DNA of 64,000 nt from Takakia lepidozioides (lineage: Eukaryota > Plantae > Bryophyta): contig CM060731.1 of NCBI GenBank assembly GCA_030704615.1, forward strand, positions 72,292,001 through 72,356,000, in the 5' to 3' direction. Of the stretch, positions 25,517 through 37,128 are shown one piece after another. The stretch's first letter is position 1. Every line of letters begins with the position of its first letter. The translations under genes and the position numbers were made by a program. Under the pieces are notes generated by a model. That model was not told the DNA's origin, searched no databases, and worked only from the letters and a program-made list of their open reading frames with translations.

Positions 25517-25936
25517 CGACACCAAGGCGCCACGCTTGCCACTTATAATGGCTCTTCCTGCCCTCATCAAGTTCTCCATCAATTTGGCCCATGCGCATTC
25601 TTGCCTCTTGCTACTTTATTCAAGGTCTCCGCCATGCCGGCCTTCCTTTGCTTTGCTGTTCCACAACCGGGCCCTAAAAATCAAAAGGGGTTTGCGAGGG
25701 GGGCGCCCATGGTTCATTTCTCCCGCCCACCATGCCACAGCACAAAATAAACACTGCACCGCACTTTCCGCCCCCTATGTATGCTACATCCGGTTGCTTT
25801 TGTGTGTGTTTTCGGGTGGGCGCAGCCAGGGCAACCCAGGATATATTTTGGCTAAAAGTCGAGGGAGGGCGGGCAGGGAGGCCGTGGAGAGAGGAGATGG
25901 TGACCACACTTTCAAAACGGGGTCCAAAAGGCGGCT

Positions 25937-26054
25937 GGGTGCAGCACCGGGACTTCCCGGGAGGTCACCCATCCCAGTACTATTCCGGCCCAAAGGCGCT
26001 TAACTTCAGAGTTCTGATGGGATCTGGTGTAGTAGCCTTGGTATGACCGCACCA
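25937..26054 (-). rRNA. 5S rRNA copy 19
   Basis: Same sequence as copy 1. Confidence 0.97.
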
Positions 26055-26475
26055 CGACACCAAGGCGCCACGCTTGCCACTTATAATGGCTCTTCCTGCC
26101 CTCATCAAGTTCTCCATCAATTTGGCCCATGCGCATTCTTGCCTCTTGCTACTTTATTCAAGGTCTCCGCCATGCCGGCCTTCCTTTGCTTTGCTGTTCC
26201 ACAACCGGGCCCTAAAAATCAAAAGGGGTTTGCGAGGGGGGCGCCCATGGTTCATTTCTCCCGCCCACCATGCCACACGCACAAAATAAACACTGCACCG
26301 CACTTTCCGCCCCCTATGTATGCTACATCCGGTTGCTTTTGTGTGTGTTTTCGGGTGGGCGCAGCCAGGGCAACCCAGGATATATTTTGGCTAAAAGTCG
26401 AGGGAGGGCGGGCAGGGAGGCCGTGGAGAGAGGAGATGGTGACCACACTTTCAAAACGGGGTCCAAAAGGCGGCT

Positions 26476-26593
26476 GGGTGCAGCACCGGGACTTCCCGGG
26501 AGGTCACCCATCCCAGTACTATTCCGGCCCAAAGGCGCTTAACTTCAGAGTTCTGATGGGATCTGGTGTAGTAGCCTTGGTATGACCGCACCA
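26476..26593 (-). rRNA. 5S rRNA copy 20
   Basis: Same sequence as copy 1. Confidence 0.97.
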
Positions 26594-27014
26594 CGACACC
26601 AAGGCGCCACGCTTGCCACTTATAATGGCTCTTCCTGCCCTCATCAAGTTCTCCATCAATTTGGCCCATGCGCATTCTTGCCTCTTGCTACTTTATTCAA
26701 GGTCTCCGCCATGCCGGCCTTCCTTTGCTTTGCTGTTCCACAACCGGGCCCTAAAAATCAAAAGGGGTTTGCGAGGGGGGCGCCCATGGTTCATTTCTCC
26801 CGCCCACCATGCCACACGCACAAAATAAACACTGCACCGCACTTTCCGCCCCCTATGTATGCTACATCCGGTTGCTTTTGTGTGTGTTTTCGGGTGGGCG
26901 CAGCCAGGGCAACCCAGGATATATTTTGGCTAAAAGTCGAGGGAGGGCGGGCAGGGAGGCCGTGGAGAGAGGAGATGGTGACCACACTTTCAAAACGGGG
27001 TCCAAAAGGCGGCT

Positions 27015-27132
27015 GGGTGCAGCACCGGGACTTCCCGGGAGGTCACCCATCCCAGTACTATTCCGGCCCAAAGGCGCTTAACTTCAGAGTTCTGATGGGA
27101 TCTGGTGTAGTAGCCTTGGTATGACCGCACCA
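27015..27132 (-). rRNA. 5S rRNA copy 21
   Basis: Same sequence as copy 1. Confidence 0.97.
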
Positions 27133-27553
27133 CGACACCAAGGCGCCACGCTTGCCACTTATAATGGCTCTTCCTGCCCTCATCAAGTTCTCCATCAATT
27201 TGGCCCATGCGCATTCTTGCCTCTTGCTACTTTATTCAAGGTCTCCGCCATGCCGGCCTTCCTTTGCTTTGCTGTTCCACAACCGGGCCCTAAAAATCAA
27301 AAGGGGTTTGCGAGGGGGGCGCCCATGGTTCATTTCTCCCGCCCACCATGCCACACGCACAAAATAAACACTGCACCGCACTTTCCGCCCCCTATGTATG
27401 CTACATCCGGTTGCTTTTGTGTGTGTTTTCGGGTGGGCGCAGCCAGGGCAACCCAGGATATATTTTGGCTAAAAGTCGAGGGAGGGCGGGCAGGGAGGCC
27501 GTGGAGAGAGGAGATGGTGACCACACTTTCAAAACGGGGTCCAAAAGGCGGCT

Positions 27554-27671
27554 GGGTGCAGCACCGGGACTTCCCGGGAGGTCACCCATCCCAGTACTAT
27601 TCCGGCCCAAAGGCGCTTAACTTCAGAGTTCTGATGGGATCTGGTGTAGTAGCCTTGGTATGACCGCACCA
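27554..27671 (-). rRNA. 5S rRNA copy 22
   Basis: Same sequence as copy 1. Confidence 0.97.
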
Positions 27672-28092
27672 CGACACCAAGGCGCCACGCTTGCCACTTA
27701 TAATGGCTCTTCCTGCCCTCATCAAGTTCTCCATCAATTTGGCCCATGCGCATTCTTGCCTCTTGCTACTTTATTCAAGGTCTCCGCCATGCCGGCCTTC
27801 CTTTGCTTTGCTGTTCCACAACCGGGCCCTAAAAATCAAAAGGGGTTTGCGAGGGGGGCGCCCATGGTTCATTTCTCCCGCCCACCATGCCACACGCACA
27901 AAATAAACACTGCACCGCACTTTCCGCCCCCTATGTATGCTACATCCGGTTGCTTTTGTGTGTGTTTTCGGGTGGGCGCAGCCAGGGCAACCCAGGATAT
28001 ATTTTGGCTAAAAGTCGAGGGAGGGCGGGCAGGGAGGCCGTGGAGAGAGGAGATGGTGACCACACTTTCAAAACGGGGTCCAAAAGGCGGCT

Positions 28093-28210
28093 GGGTGCAG
28101 CACCGGGACTTCCCGGGAGGTCACCCATCCCAGTACTATTCCGGCCCAAAGGCGCTTAACTTCAGAGTTCTGATGGGATCTGGTGTAGTAGCCTTGGTAT
28201 GACCGCACCA
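28093..28210 (-). rRNA. 5S rRNA copy 23
   Basis: Same sequence as copy 1. Confidence 0.97.
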
Positions 28211-28631
28211 CGACACCAAGGCGCCACGCTTGCCACTTATAATGGCTCTTCCTGCCCTCATCAAGTTCTCCATCAATTTGGCCCATGCGCATTCTTGCCT
28301 CTTGCTACTTTATTCAAGGTCTCCGCCATGCCGGCCTTCCTTTGCTTTGCTGTTCCACAACCGGGCCCTAAAAATCAAAAGGGGTTTGCGAGGGGGGCGC
28401 CCATGGTTCATTTCTCCCGCCCACCATGCCACACGCACAAAATAAACACTGCACCGCACTTTCCGCCCCCTATGTATGCTACATCCGGTTGCTTTTGTGT
28501 GTGTTTTCGGGTGGGCGCAGCCAGGGCAACCCAGGATATATTTTGGCTAAAAGTCGAGGGAGGGCGGGCAGGGAGGCCGTGGAGAGAGGAGATGGTGACC
28601 ACACTTTCAAAACGGGGTCCAAAAGGCGGCT

Positions 28632-28749
28632 GGGTGCAGCACCGGGACTTCCCGGGAGGTCACCCATCCCAGTACTATTCCGGCCCAAAGGCGCTTAACT
28701 TCAGAGTTCTGATGGGATCTGGTGTAGTAGCCTTGGTATGACCGCACCA
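28632..28749 (-). rRNA. 5S rRNA copy 24
   Basis: Same sequence as copy 1. Confidence 0.97.
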
Positions 28750-29170
28750 CGACACCAAGGCGCCACGCTTGCCACTTATAATGGCTCTTCCTGCCCTCAT
28801 CAAGTTCTCCATCAATTTGGCCCATGCGCATTCTTGCCTCTTGCTACTTTATTCAAGGTCTCCGCCATGCCGGCCTTCCTTTGCTTTGCTGTTCCACAAC
28901 CGGGCCCTAAAAATCAAAAGGGGTTTGCGAGGGGGGCGCCCATGGTTCATTTCTCCCGCCCACCATGCCACACGCACAAAATAAACACTGCACCGCACTT
29001 TCCGCCCCCTATGTATGCTACATCCGGTTGCTTTTGTGTGTGTTTTCGGGTGGGCGCAGCCAGGGCAACCCAGGATATATTTTGGCTAAAAGTCGAGGGA
29101 GGGCGGGCAGGGAGGCCGTGGAGAGAGGAGATGGTGACCACACTTTCAAAACGGGGTCCAAAAGGCGGCT

Positions 29171-29288
29171 GGGTGCAGCACCGGGACTTCCCGGGAGGTC
29201 ACCCATCCCAGTACTATTCCGGCCCAAAGGCGCTTAACTTCAGAGTTCTGATGGGATCTGGTGTAGTAGCCTTGGTATGACCGCACCA
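29171..29288 (-). rRNA. 5S rRNA copy 25
   Basis: Same sequence as copy 1. Confidence 0.97.
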
Positions 29289-29710
29289 CGACACCAAGGC
29301 GCCACGCTTGCCACTTATAATGGCTCTTCCTGCCCTCATCAAGTTCTCCATCAATTTGGCCCATGCGCATTCTTGCCTCTTGCTACTTTATTCAAGGTCT
29401 CCGCCATGCCGGCCTTCCTTTGCTTTGCTGTTCCACAACCGGGCCCTAAAAATCAAAAGGGGTTTGCGAGGGGGGCGCCCATGGTTCATTTCTCCCGCCC
29501 ACCATGCCACACGGCACAAAATAAACACTGCACCGCACTTTCCGCCCCCTATGTATGCTACATCCGGTTGCTTTTGTGTGTGTTTTCGGGTGGGCGCAGC
29601 CAGGGCAACCCAGGATATATTTTGGCTAAAAGTCGAGGGAGGGCGGGCAGGGAGGCCGTGGAGAGAGGAGATGGTGACCACACTTTCAAAACGGGGTCCA
29701 AAAGGCGGCT

Positions 29711-29828
29711 GGGTGCAGCACCGGGACTTCCCGGGAGGTCACCCATCCCAGTACTATTCCGGCCCAAAGGCGCTTAACTTCAGAGTTCTGATGGGATCTG
29801 GTGTAGTAGCCTTGGTATGACCGCACCA
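29711..29828 (-). rRNA. 5S rRNA copy 26
   Basis: Same sequence as copy 1. Confidence 0.97.
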
Positions 29829-30248
29829 CGACACCAAGGCGCCACGCTTGCCACTTATAATGGCTCTTCCTGCCCTCATCAAGTTCTCCATCAATTTGGC
29901 CCATGCGCATTCTTGCCTCTTGCTACTTTATTCAAGGTCTCCGCCATGCCGGCCTTCCTTTGCTTTGCTGTTCCACAACCGGGCCCTAAAAATCAAAAGG
30001 GGTTTGCGAGGGGGGCGCCCATGGTTCATTTCTCCCGCCCACCATGCCACAGCACAAAATAAACACTGCACCGCACTTTCCGCCCCCTATGTATGCTACA
30101 TCCGGTTGCTTTTGTGTGTGTTTTCGGGTGGGCGCAGCCAGGGCAACCCAGGATATATTTTGGCTAAAAGTCGAGGGAGGGCGGGCAGGGAGGCCGTGGA
30201 GAGAGGAGATGGTGACCACACTTTCAAAACGGGGTCCAAAAGGCGGCT

Positions 30249-30366
30249 GGGTGCAGCACCGGGACTTCCCGGGAGGTCACCCATCCCAGTACTATTCCGG
30301 CCCAAAGGCGCTTAACTTCAGAGTTCTGATGGGATCTGGTGTAGTAGCCTTGGTATGACCGCACCA
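30249..30366 (-). rRNA. 5S rRNA copy 27
   Basis: Same sequence as copy 1. Confidence 0.97.
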
Positions 30367-30787
30367 CGACACCAAGGCGCCACGCTTGCCACTTATAATG
30401 GCTCTTCCTGCCCTCATCAAGTTCTCCATCAATTTGGCCCATGCGCATTCTTGCCTCTTGCTACTTTATTCAAGGTCTCCGCCATGCCGGCCTTCCTTTG
30501 CTTTGCTGTTCCACAACCGGGCCCTAAAAATCAAAAGGGGTTTGCGAGGGGGGCGCCCATGGTTCATTTCTCCCGCCCACCATGCCACAGGCACAAAATA
30601 AACACTGCACCGCACTTTCCGCCCCCTATGTATGCTACATCCGGTTGCTTTTGTGTGTGTTTTCGGGTGGGCGCAGCCAGGGCAACCCAGGATATATTTT
30701 GGCTAAAAGTCGAGGGAGGGCGGGCAGGGAGGCCGTGGAGAGAGGAGATGGTGACCACACTTTCAAAACGGGGTCCAAAAGGCGGCT

Positions 30788-30905
30788 GGGTGCAGCACCG
30801 GGACTTCCCGGGAGGTCACCCATCCCAGTACTATTCCGGCCCAAAGGCGCTTAACTTCAGAGTTCTGATGGGATCTGGTGTAGTAGCCTTGGTATGACCG
30901 CACCA
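30788..30905 (-). rRNA. 5S rRNA copy 28
   Basis: Same sequence as copy 1. Confidence 0.97.
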
Positions 30906-31326
30906 CGACACCAAGGCGCCACGCTTGCCACTTATAATGGCTCTTCCTGCCCTCATCAAGTTCTCCATCAATTTGGCCCATGCGCATTCTTGCCTCTTGC
31001 TACTTTATTCAAGGTCTCCGCCATGCCGGCCTTCCTTTGCTTTGCTGTTCCACAACCGGGCCCTAAAAATCAAAAGGGGTTTGCGAGGGGGGCGCCCATG
31101 GTTCATTTCTCCCGCCCACCATGCCACAGGCACAAAATAAACACTGCACCGCACTTTCCGCCCCCTATGTATGCTACATCCGGTTGCTTTTGTGTGTGTT
31201 TTCGGGTGGGCGCAGCCAGGGCAACCCAGGATATATTTTGGCTAAAAGTCGAGGGAGGGCGGGCAGGGAGGCCGTGGAGAGAGGAGATGGTGACCACACT
31301 TTCAAAACGGGGTCCAAAAGGCGGCT

Positions 31327-31444
31327 GGGTGCAGCACCGGGACTTCCCGGGAGGTCACCCATCCCAGTACTATTCCGGCCCAAAGGCGCTTAACTTCAGA
31401 GTTCTGATGGGATCTGGTGTAGTAGCCTTGGTATGACCGCACCA
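31327..31444 (-). rRNA. 5S rRNA copy 29
   Basis: Same sequence as copy 1. Confidence 0.97.
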
Positions 31445-31863
31445 CGACACCAAGGCGCCACGCTTGCCACTTATAATGGCTCTTCCTGCCCTCATCAAGT
31501 TCTCCATCAATTTGGCCCATGCGCATTCTTGCCTCTTGCTACTTTATTCAAGGTCTCCGCCATGCCGGCCTTCCTTTGCTTTGCTGTTCCACAACCGGGC
31601 CCTAAAAATCAAAAGGGTTTGCGAGGGGGCGCCATGGTTCATTTCTCCCGCCCACCATGCCACAGGCACAAAATAAACACTGCACCGCACTTTCCGCCCC
31701 CTATGTATGCTACATCCGGTTGCTTTTGTGTGTGTTTTTCGGGTGGGCGCAGCCAGGGCAACCCAGGATATATTTTGGCTAAAAGTCGAGGGAGGGCGGG
31801 CAGGGAGGCCGTGGAGAGAGGAGATGGTGACCACACTTTCAAAACGGGGTCCAAAAGGCGGCT

Positions 31864-31980
31864 GGGTGCAGCACCGGGACTTCCCGGAGGTCACCCATCC
31901 CAGTACTATTCCGGCCCAAAGGCGCTTAACTTCAGAGTTCTGATGGGATCTGGTGTAGTAGCCTTGGTATGACCGCACCA
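31864..31980 (-). rRNA. 5S rRNA copy 30 (1-nt deletion)
   Basis: cccggagg instead of cccgggagg; may be a homopolymer sequencing error. Confidence 0.93.
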
Positions 31981-32396
31981 CGACACCAAGGCGCCACGCT
32001 TGCCACTTATAATGGCTCTTCCTGCCCTCATCAAGTTCTCCATCAATTTGGCCCATGCGCATTCTTGCCTCTTGCTACTTTATTCAAGGTCTCCGCCATG
32101 CCGGCCTTCCTTTGCTTTGCTGTTCCACAACCGGGCCCTAAAAATCAAAAGGGGTTTGCGAGGGGGGCGCCCATGGTTCATTTCTCCCGCCCACCATGCC
32201 ACACGCACAAAATAAACACTGCACCGCACTTTCCCCCCCTATGTATGCTACACCGGTTGCTTTTTGTGTGTTTTTTCGGGTGGGCGCAGCCAGGGCAACC
32301 CAGGATATTTTGGCTAAAAGTCGAGGGAGGGCGGGCAGGGAGGCCGTGGAGAGAGGAGATGGTGACCACACTTTCAAACGGGTCCAAAAGGCGGCT

Positions 32397-32513
32397 GGGT
32401 GCAGCACCGGGACTTCCCGGGAGGTCACCCATCCCAGTACTATTCCGGCCCAAAGCGCTTAACTTCAGAGTTCTGATGGGATCTGGTGTAGTAGCCTTGG
32501 TATGACCGCACCA
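32397..32513 (-). rRNA. 5S rRNA copy 31 (1-nt deletion)
   Basis: caaagcgc instead of caaaggcgc; may be a sequencing error. Confidence 0.93.
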
Positions 32514-32940
32514 CGACACCAAGGCGCCACGCTTGCCACTTATAATGGCTCTTCCTGCCCTCATCAAGTTCTCCATCAATTTGGCCCATGCGCATTCTTG
32601 CCTCTTGCTACTTTATTCAAGGTCTCCGCCATGCCGGCCTTCCTTTGCTTTGCTGTTCCACAACCGGGCCCTAAAAATCAAAAGGGGTTTGCGAGGGGGG
32701 CGCCCATGGTTCATTTCTCCCCTCCCGCCCACCATGCCACACGCACAAAATAAACACTGCACCGCACTTTCCGCCCCCTATGTATGCTACATCCGGTTGC
32801 TTTTGTGTGTGTTTTTCGGGTGGGCGCAGCCAGGGCAACCCAGGATATATTTTGGCTAAAAGTCGAGGGAGGGCGGGCAGGGAGGCCGTGGAGAGAGGAG
32901 ATGGTGACCACACTTTCAAAACGGGGTCCAAAAGGCGGCT

Positions 32941-33058
32941 GGGTGCAGCACCGGGACTTCCCGGGAGGTCACCCATCCCAGTACTATTCCGGCCCAAAGG
33001 CGCTTAACTTCAGAGTTCTGATGGGATCTGGTGTAGTAGCCTTGGTATGACCGCACCA
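32941..33058 (-). rRNA. 5S rRNA copy 32
   Basis: Same sequence as copy 1. Confidence 0.97.
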
Positions 33059-33382
33059 CGACACCAAGGCGCCACGCTTGCCACTTATAATGGCTCTTCC
33101 TGCCCTCATCAAGTTCTCCATCAATTTGGCCCATGCGCATTCTTGCCTCTTGCTACTTTATTCAAGGTCTCCGCCATGCCGGCCTTCCTTTGCTTTGCTG
33201 TTCCACAACCGGGCCCTAAAAATCAAAAGGGGTTTGCGAGGGGGGCGCCCATGGTTCATTTCTCCCCCGCCCCCATGCCACACGCACAAAATAAACACTG
33301 CACCGCACTTTCCGCCCCCTATGTATGCTACATCCGGTTGCTTTTGTGTGTGTTTTCGGGTTACTTTATTCAAGGTCTCCGC

Positions 33383-35830
33383 GGCAAAGTTCTATAGCTT
33401 ACATTCCCCTTTGCATGACTTAACCCGCAGAGGATAAGAGCATATCCTTGCGTCGAGGCCTTTGGTGGAGATGGGGGGCGATTAAATCTAACGGCCTGGG
33501 TGTTCTGATGATGATAGCGTAGGTTCGGTGTGGCTATGGTTGAAAGACGGCTGTACGGGAAATCTAGAAAGATGGCAGCGCAATCCACTATGTTCAATCA
33601 TTTGTCCCTCCTGGAGTATGTTTTTTCTGCTGATTTTGTGTGTCTTGTGTCTTCATGCTTTGTGAGCGAAGACTCTGCAAATAGCGGCAATGGCTTCCAG
33701 TGCGAATGATGCTGCTTTATTTATGATTGACGACGATTCGTTTGAAGCTGTCTTCCTGAGTGTTGTGCATGATACTGCGTCCCCTGAAGTGCTAAGGCCT
33801 TACGAAGGAGAACCGCCAGTGAGGGGAGACGCGGAGATTCCAATTGACGTGCCCTCGGCTTACTGGATAGAGAAATTTGAGCAGACGGCCGTTGATGAAG
33901 CTCGCAAGACCGTGAATTCTGAAGGAGAGAAACGTGAGCAACTTTGCAAGATTGTTGAAGCTAAGCAAGGTGCGTTTGCTAGCAGACTGCTGCAGAAGCT
34001 GCATGCAAAAGAAATCGCTAAGTGCTTACCTCGGGAGGTCATCCGTGAGCGACTTAGACAGGGCGAGCTGCTTACTTGGCCACAGATTGGAGTACCACAG
34101 TTTGTTGTCACCCGAGATCGCACCAACAACTTTGAGAGCTTTCTGCACCCGAAGGTTCCTAGTGGCTATCGCTTTTGGGAGCTTGTCCGAGGTGGGAGTG
34201 CAGCGGCGCTGACAAACATACGCCCTGCCTGGACTGCCGATCGGCCTACTGATGATTTTTCGTGGGAACAATCCATCACTGGCATCCCACAACACTTATT
34301 TCATCTCTCTGCTCGGGATATTGTGATTTTTCCTGGTAAAACCTTTGATCAAGAGAAGGTTGGGCTCTGTCGAGTCCAGATTCCTTTGACAAGTATCCAT
34401 TGCACTCCCTGGTGGTCAAGGAGAACATAGTACGCACGGTGACCTGCGTTGCATTTTGGCTAAAGGTGGCTCAGTCACTCTGGCATCTGCAGGGCAAAGC
34501 TGTGTATCTCAGTTATAATCATCGTTTCATCTCTTCCTACATAGTCACGGATTGGGAGAAGAGCATGTTGCATCCCAGTGACATGTGATTTTCTCTGTGC
34601 CTTCATCTTCATTTGCGTTATCTTAGTGGATACTGACCAGGCGTCGTGCTAAACTATTGGAGTCTGAGAGTGCTAAGATGAGTGAATGGAAAGAAGGGAT
34701 AGAGGAGATCTTTGGTGATGATTCAATTCCTGGTCCTAAGACACAACCTGCTGCGACGTCAAGAGGCATCAATCATCCGGACGGCTTAGACTTACAAGAT
34801 CTTTGTGATGCCATAAAAACTATCTCTGATTGTCCCCCGCTATTGGAACTTTTGTTGAACAAACAAACTAATTCTACGACAACGGTTGCCAAGCCTCATG
34901 AATTTGTGTGTGATTGAGTGCAGGGATTAAAGGCTGGAGTGTTGCAGCCTTATGTGTTTTCTGGAGGTCCAAGCTATGGCCTCTCTTGTGTGCTTTCTGA
35001 TGGTTCAACCAGTGGCCCTCTCTGGTGTTGTGTGGTGTGCAAATTATAACGGTCTGCTGCAGACCAGCGACATCTGGTGTTAGAGGAGGTGGAAGACCTT
35101 AGCACAGGCTTTAGCTTCGTGTTAGTGTTTTGCATCAGTGTTGTAACGTGATTGGGGTTCCCCCCCCAGCGAGTTTTGCCCTTAGCCCACTTTGCAGGTG
35201 CAAGGTTTTCTCGCTGCGGGTTTTTTCATCCCTCTCGCGCCGGATGCTAGTATTAGGCATGGTGTGACTTACTTAGCTTCGTTAGTTCGGCATTTCAGTT
35301 GGCTCGCGGGAGGTCGCTTTCCTAGGAGCGGGGGCAAGCTTTACATATGTAGAGCTCCAGATTCTATGGCGGTGCATATGCTCTCCTGTCAGTCCCTTGG
35401 ATGAAAAGCATGGGGTTGTTGGACATTAATGATGACAGGGACTATCTTTGGTTATATGATTGTCCTACGTTAACAGTCACGAGATAAGCCAACCTGGAAA
35501 CTGAGCTGGCTGATGTGAGGTCTTGTAATCTGCATGTCCAATAAGAGTGCTGCATCTGGATCTCCAAATTAGCCTCTCCCGATTATTTAAATGAAGAGAT
35601 CATCAGGCTTAGGCAAGATGTTTTTGGTGATCAAGCTGGTGCAGTGGATGTGTGAAGGACTCTGGATGAAACTATTTTGATACTCTGCTGCGTGCAACGA
35701 TTGGCTTAGATTGTATATGTGCTCTGCAATAGATCCTCCCCTGTCAGCTTGGCAAAGTTCTATAGCTTACAATCCCCTGTGCATGACTCAACCCGCAGAG
35801 GATAAGAGCATATCCTTGCGTCGGGGCTTT
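33383..35830 (+). mobile_element. Non-autonomous LTR-like retroelement with tRNA-Ala PBS; 5' repeat truncated at the 5S array
   Basis: 80-bp direct repeat at 33383-33462 and 35751-35830 (5 mismatches). The first copy is followed by TGGTGGAGATG (33463-33473), complementary to the tRNA-Ala 3' end CAUCUCCACCA. Confidence 0.6.
33690..34430 (+). CDS. Orphan 246-aa ORF inside the LTR-like element, unknown function
   Basis: ATG-initiated uninterrupted ORF with globular-looking composition. No motif recognised; may continue by frameshift into 34400-34588. Confidence 0.4.
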   Translation: MASSANDAALFMIDDDSFEAVFLSVVHDTASPEVLRPYEGEPPVRGDAEIPIDVPSAYWIEKFEQTAVDEARKTVNSEGEKREQLCKIVEAKQGAFASRLLQKLHAKEIAKCLPREVIRERLRQGELLTWPQIGVPQFVVTRDRTNNFESFLHPKVPSGYRFWELVRGGSAAALTNIRPAWTADRPTDDFSWEQSITGIPQHLFHLSARDIVIFPGKTFDQEKVGLCRVQIPLTSIHCTPWWSRRT

Positions 35831-35837
35831 AGCTTTA

Positions 35838-37125
35838 CAGGTCGTGCATAAGTATGGGATTCAATCAGTATTGATTGAAGGGGCGAACGAGTGGTTCCTC
35901 ATTCAAATGATTTTTGTTTGTCTTCAGAGTTCGCCAATATGTTTTACATACCATCTCACAGATTATGGACAAGTATGATATAAATCAAAATTGATCAAAA
36001 GGGCGAACGAATGTTTCCCCCATCCAAATGATTTTTGTTTGTTTCCAACTTTGCTAGTATGTTGTACATACCATCTGACAGGTCATAAACAAATATGACA
36101 TGAATTAAAACTGATTCAAAGGGCAAACAAATGTCTTCCCATCCAAATGATTATATCTTATTTCCATACTTCGCTAGTATGCTCTACATACGCTTTGACA
36201 GGTCGTGGACAAGTATGGGATCAATCAAAATTGATTGAAAGGATGAATAAATGGTTCCCAATCCAAATGATTTTTGCTTGTTTTCAAACTTTGATAATAT
36301 GTTATACATATCATCTGACAGATCCTGCACAAGTATGACATGAAGCAAAATTGATTGAAAGGGCGAAAATTTAAAAGGCGAAAAATTGAAAAGGCAAAAT
36401 TGATTGAAAGGGTTCCCAATCCAAATGATTTTTGTTTGTTTCCAAAGTTTGCCAGTACATGTTGTACATACCATCTGACATGTCATTGATAAGTAAGACA
36501 TGAATCAAAATTGATTGAAAGGGCAAACGCATGGTTCCACATCCAAATGATTTTATCTTCTTTTCAAATTTTGTTAATATGTTATACATACTAACAGGTC
36601 GTGGACTTGAGTATGACATGAATCAAAATTGATCCAAAGGGCGAACGAATGGTTCCCCATCCAAATGATTTTTGCTTGATTTCAAACCTTACTAGTATGT
36701 TCTAAATCATATGATAGATCCTGGACGAGTATGGAATGAATCAAAATTGATTGAACAGACAAACAAATGGTTTTCCATCCAAATGATTTTTGCTTATTTC
36801 CAAACTTGGCCAATATGTTTTACATATCATATGACAGGTCCTGGACTAGTATGACATGAATGAAAATTGGTCCCACGGGGTCTTTTTCACCAGACCTGAC
36901 CTTTTTCAAATGTAGTTGAGCTTTTGGTTACTTCTTTGTGGTGGAAGACTCTGTCGTGTTTTGAACGAAATTATGTTGTTTGTCCCTCTTGGAGAGTAAA
37001 ACCACTCCTTCCCCATCGATACAAATTTAGATGTTTTCCAAACTTTGCAGATAGGTTCAACATACCTACATACAAACATTGATCAAATATGATGGGCAAT
37101 AAAATTTGTTTGAAAGGGTGAATCT
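35838..37125. repeat. ~120-bp AT-rich tandem satellite, about 8 diverged copies plus one degenerate copy
   Basis: The motif (t/c)caaatgatt recurs near 35903, 36023, 36143, 36262, 36420, 36542, 36660 and 36778, with the shared block caaaattgattgaaagggc. Confidence 0.9.
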
Positions 37126-37128
37126 CTT

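Larger units (their letters stand above)
16140..33361 (-). repeat. Tandem 5S rDNA array, 32 genes, ~539-bp unit
   Basis: Near-identical units mostly recurring every 538-540 bp (slightly more variable in the last units), each with a ~118-nt 5S gene and a ~421-nt spacer. Unique flanks on both sides. Confidence 0.98.

Noticed and set aside
17090-30060. Higher-order periodicity of 5S spacer variants
   Set aside because: Spacing is irregular and the variants may be consensus artefacts.
33383-33390. GGCAAA start resembling a phytoreovirus segment terminus
   Set aside because: It is only a truncation point; homology of the 35.7-kb and 10.8-kb copies extends further upstream.
16118-33437. Repeated 64-180 aa ORFs in each 539-bp unit
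   Set aside because: They are translations of the 5S gene and GC-rich spacer, have no protein motifs, and are freely frameshifted by unit variants.
33505-33550. CTGATGA...GAAA resembling a hammerhead ribozyme core (retrozyme) after the PBS
   Set aside because: Stem II lacks a closing pair and no consistent stem I/III with an NUH site could be built.
35838-36870. Regularly spaced repeats suggesting a CRISPR array
   Set aside because: The whole 120-bp unit is repeated with no unique spacers, there are no cas genes, and the context is eukaryotic.
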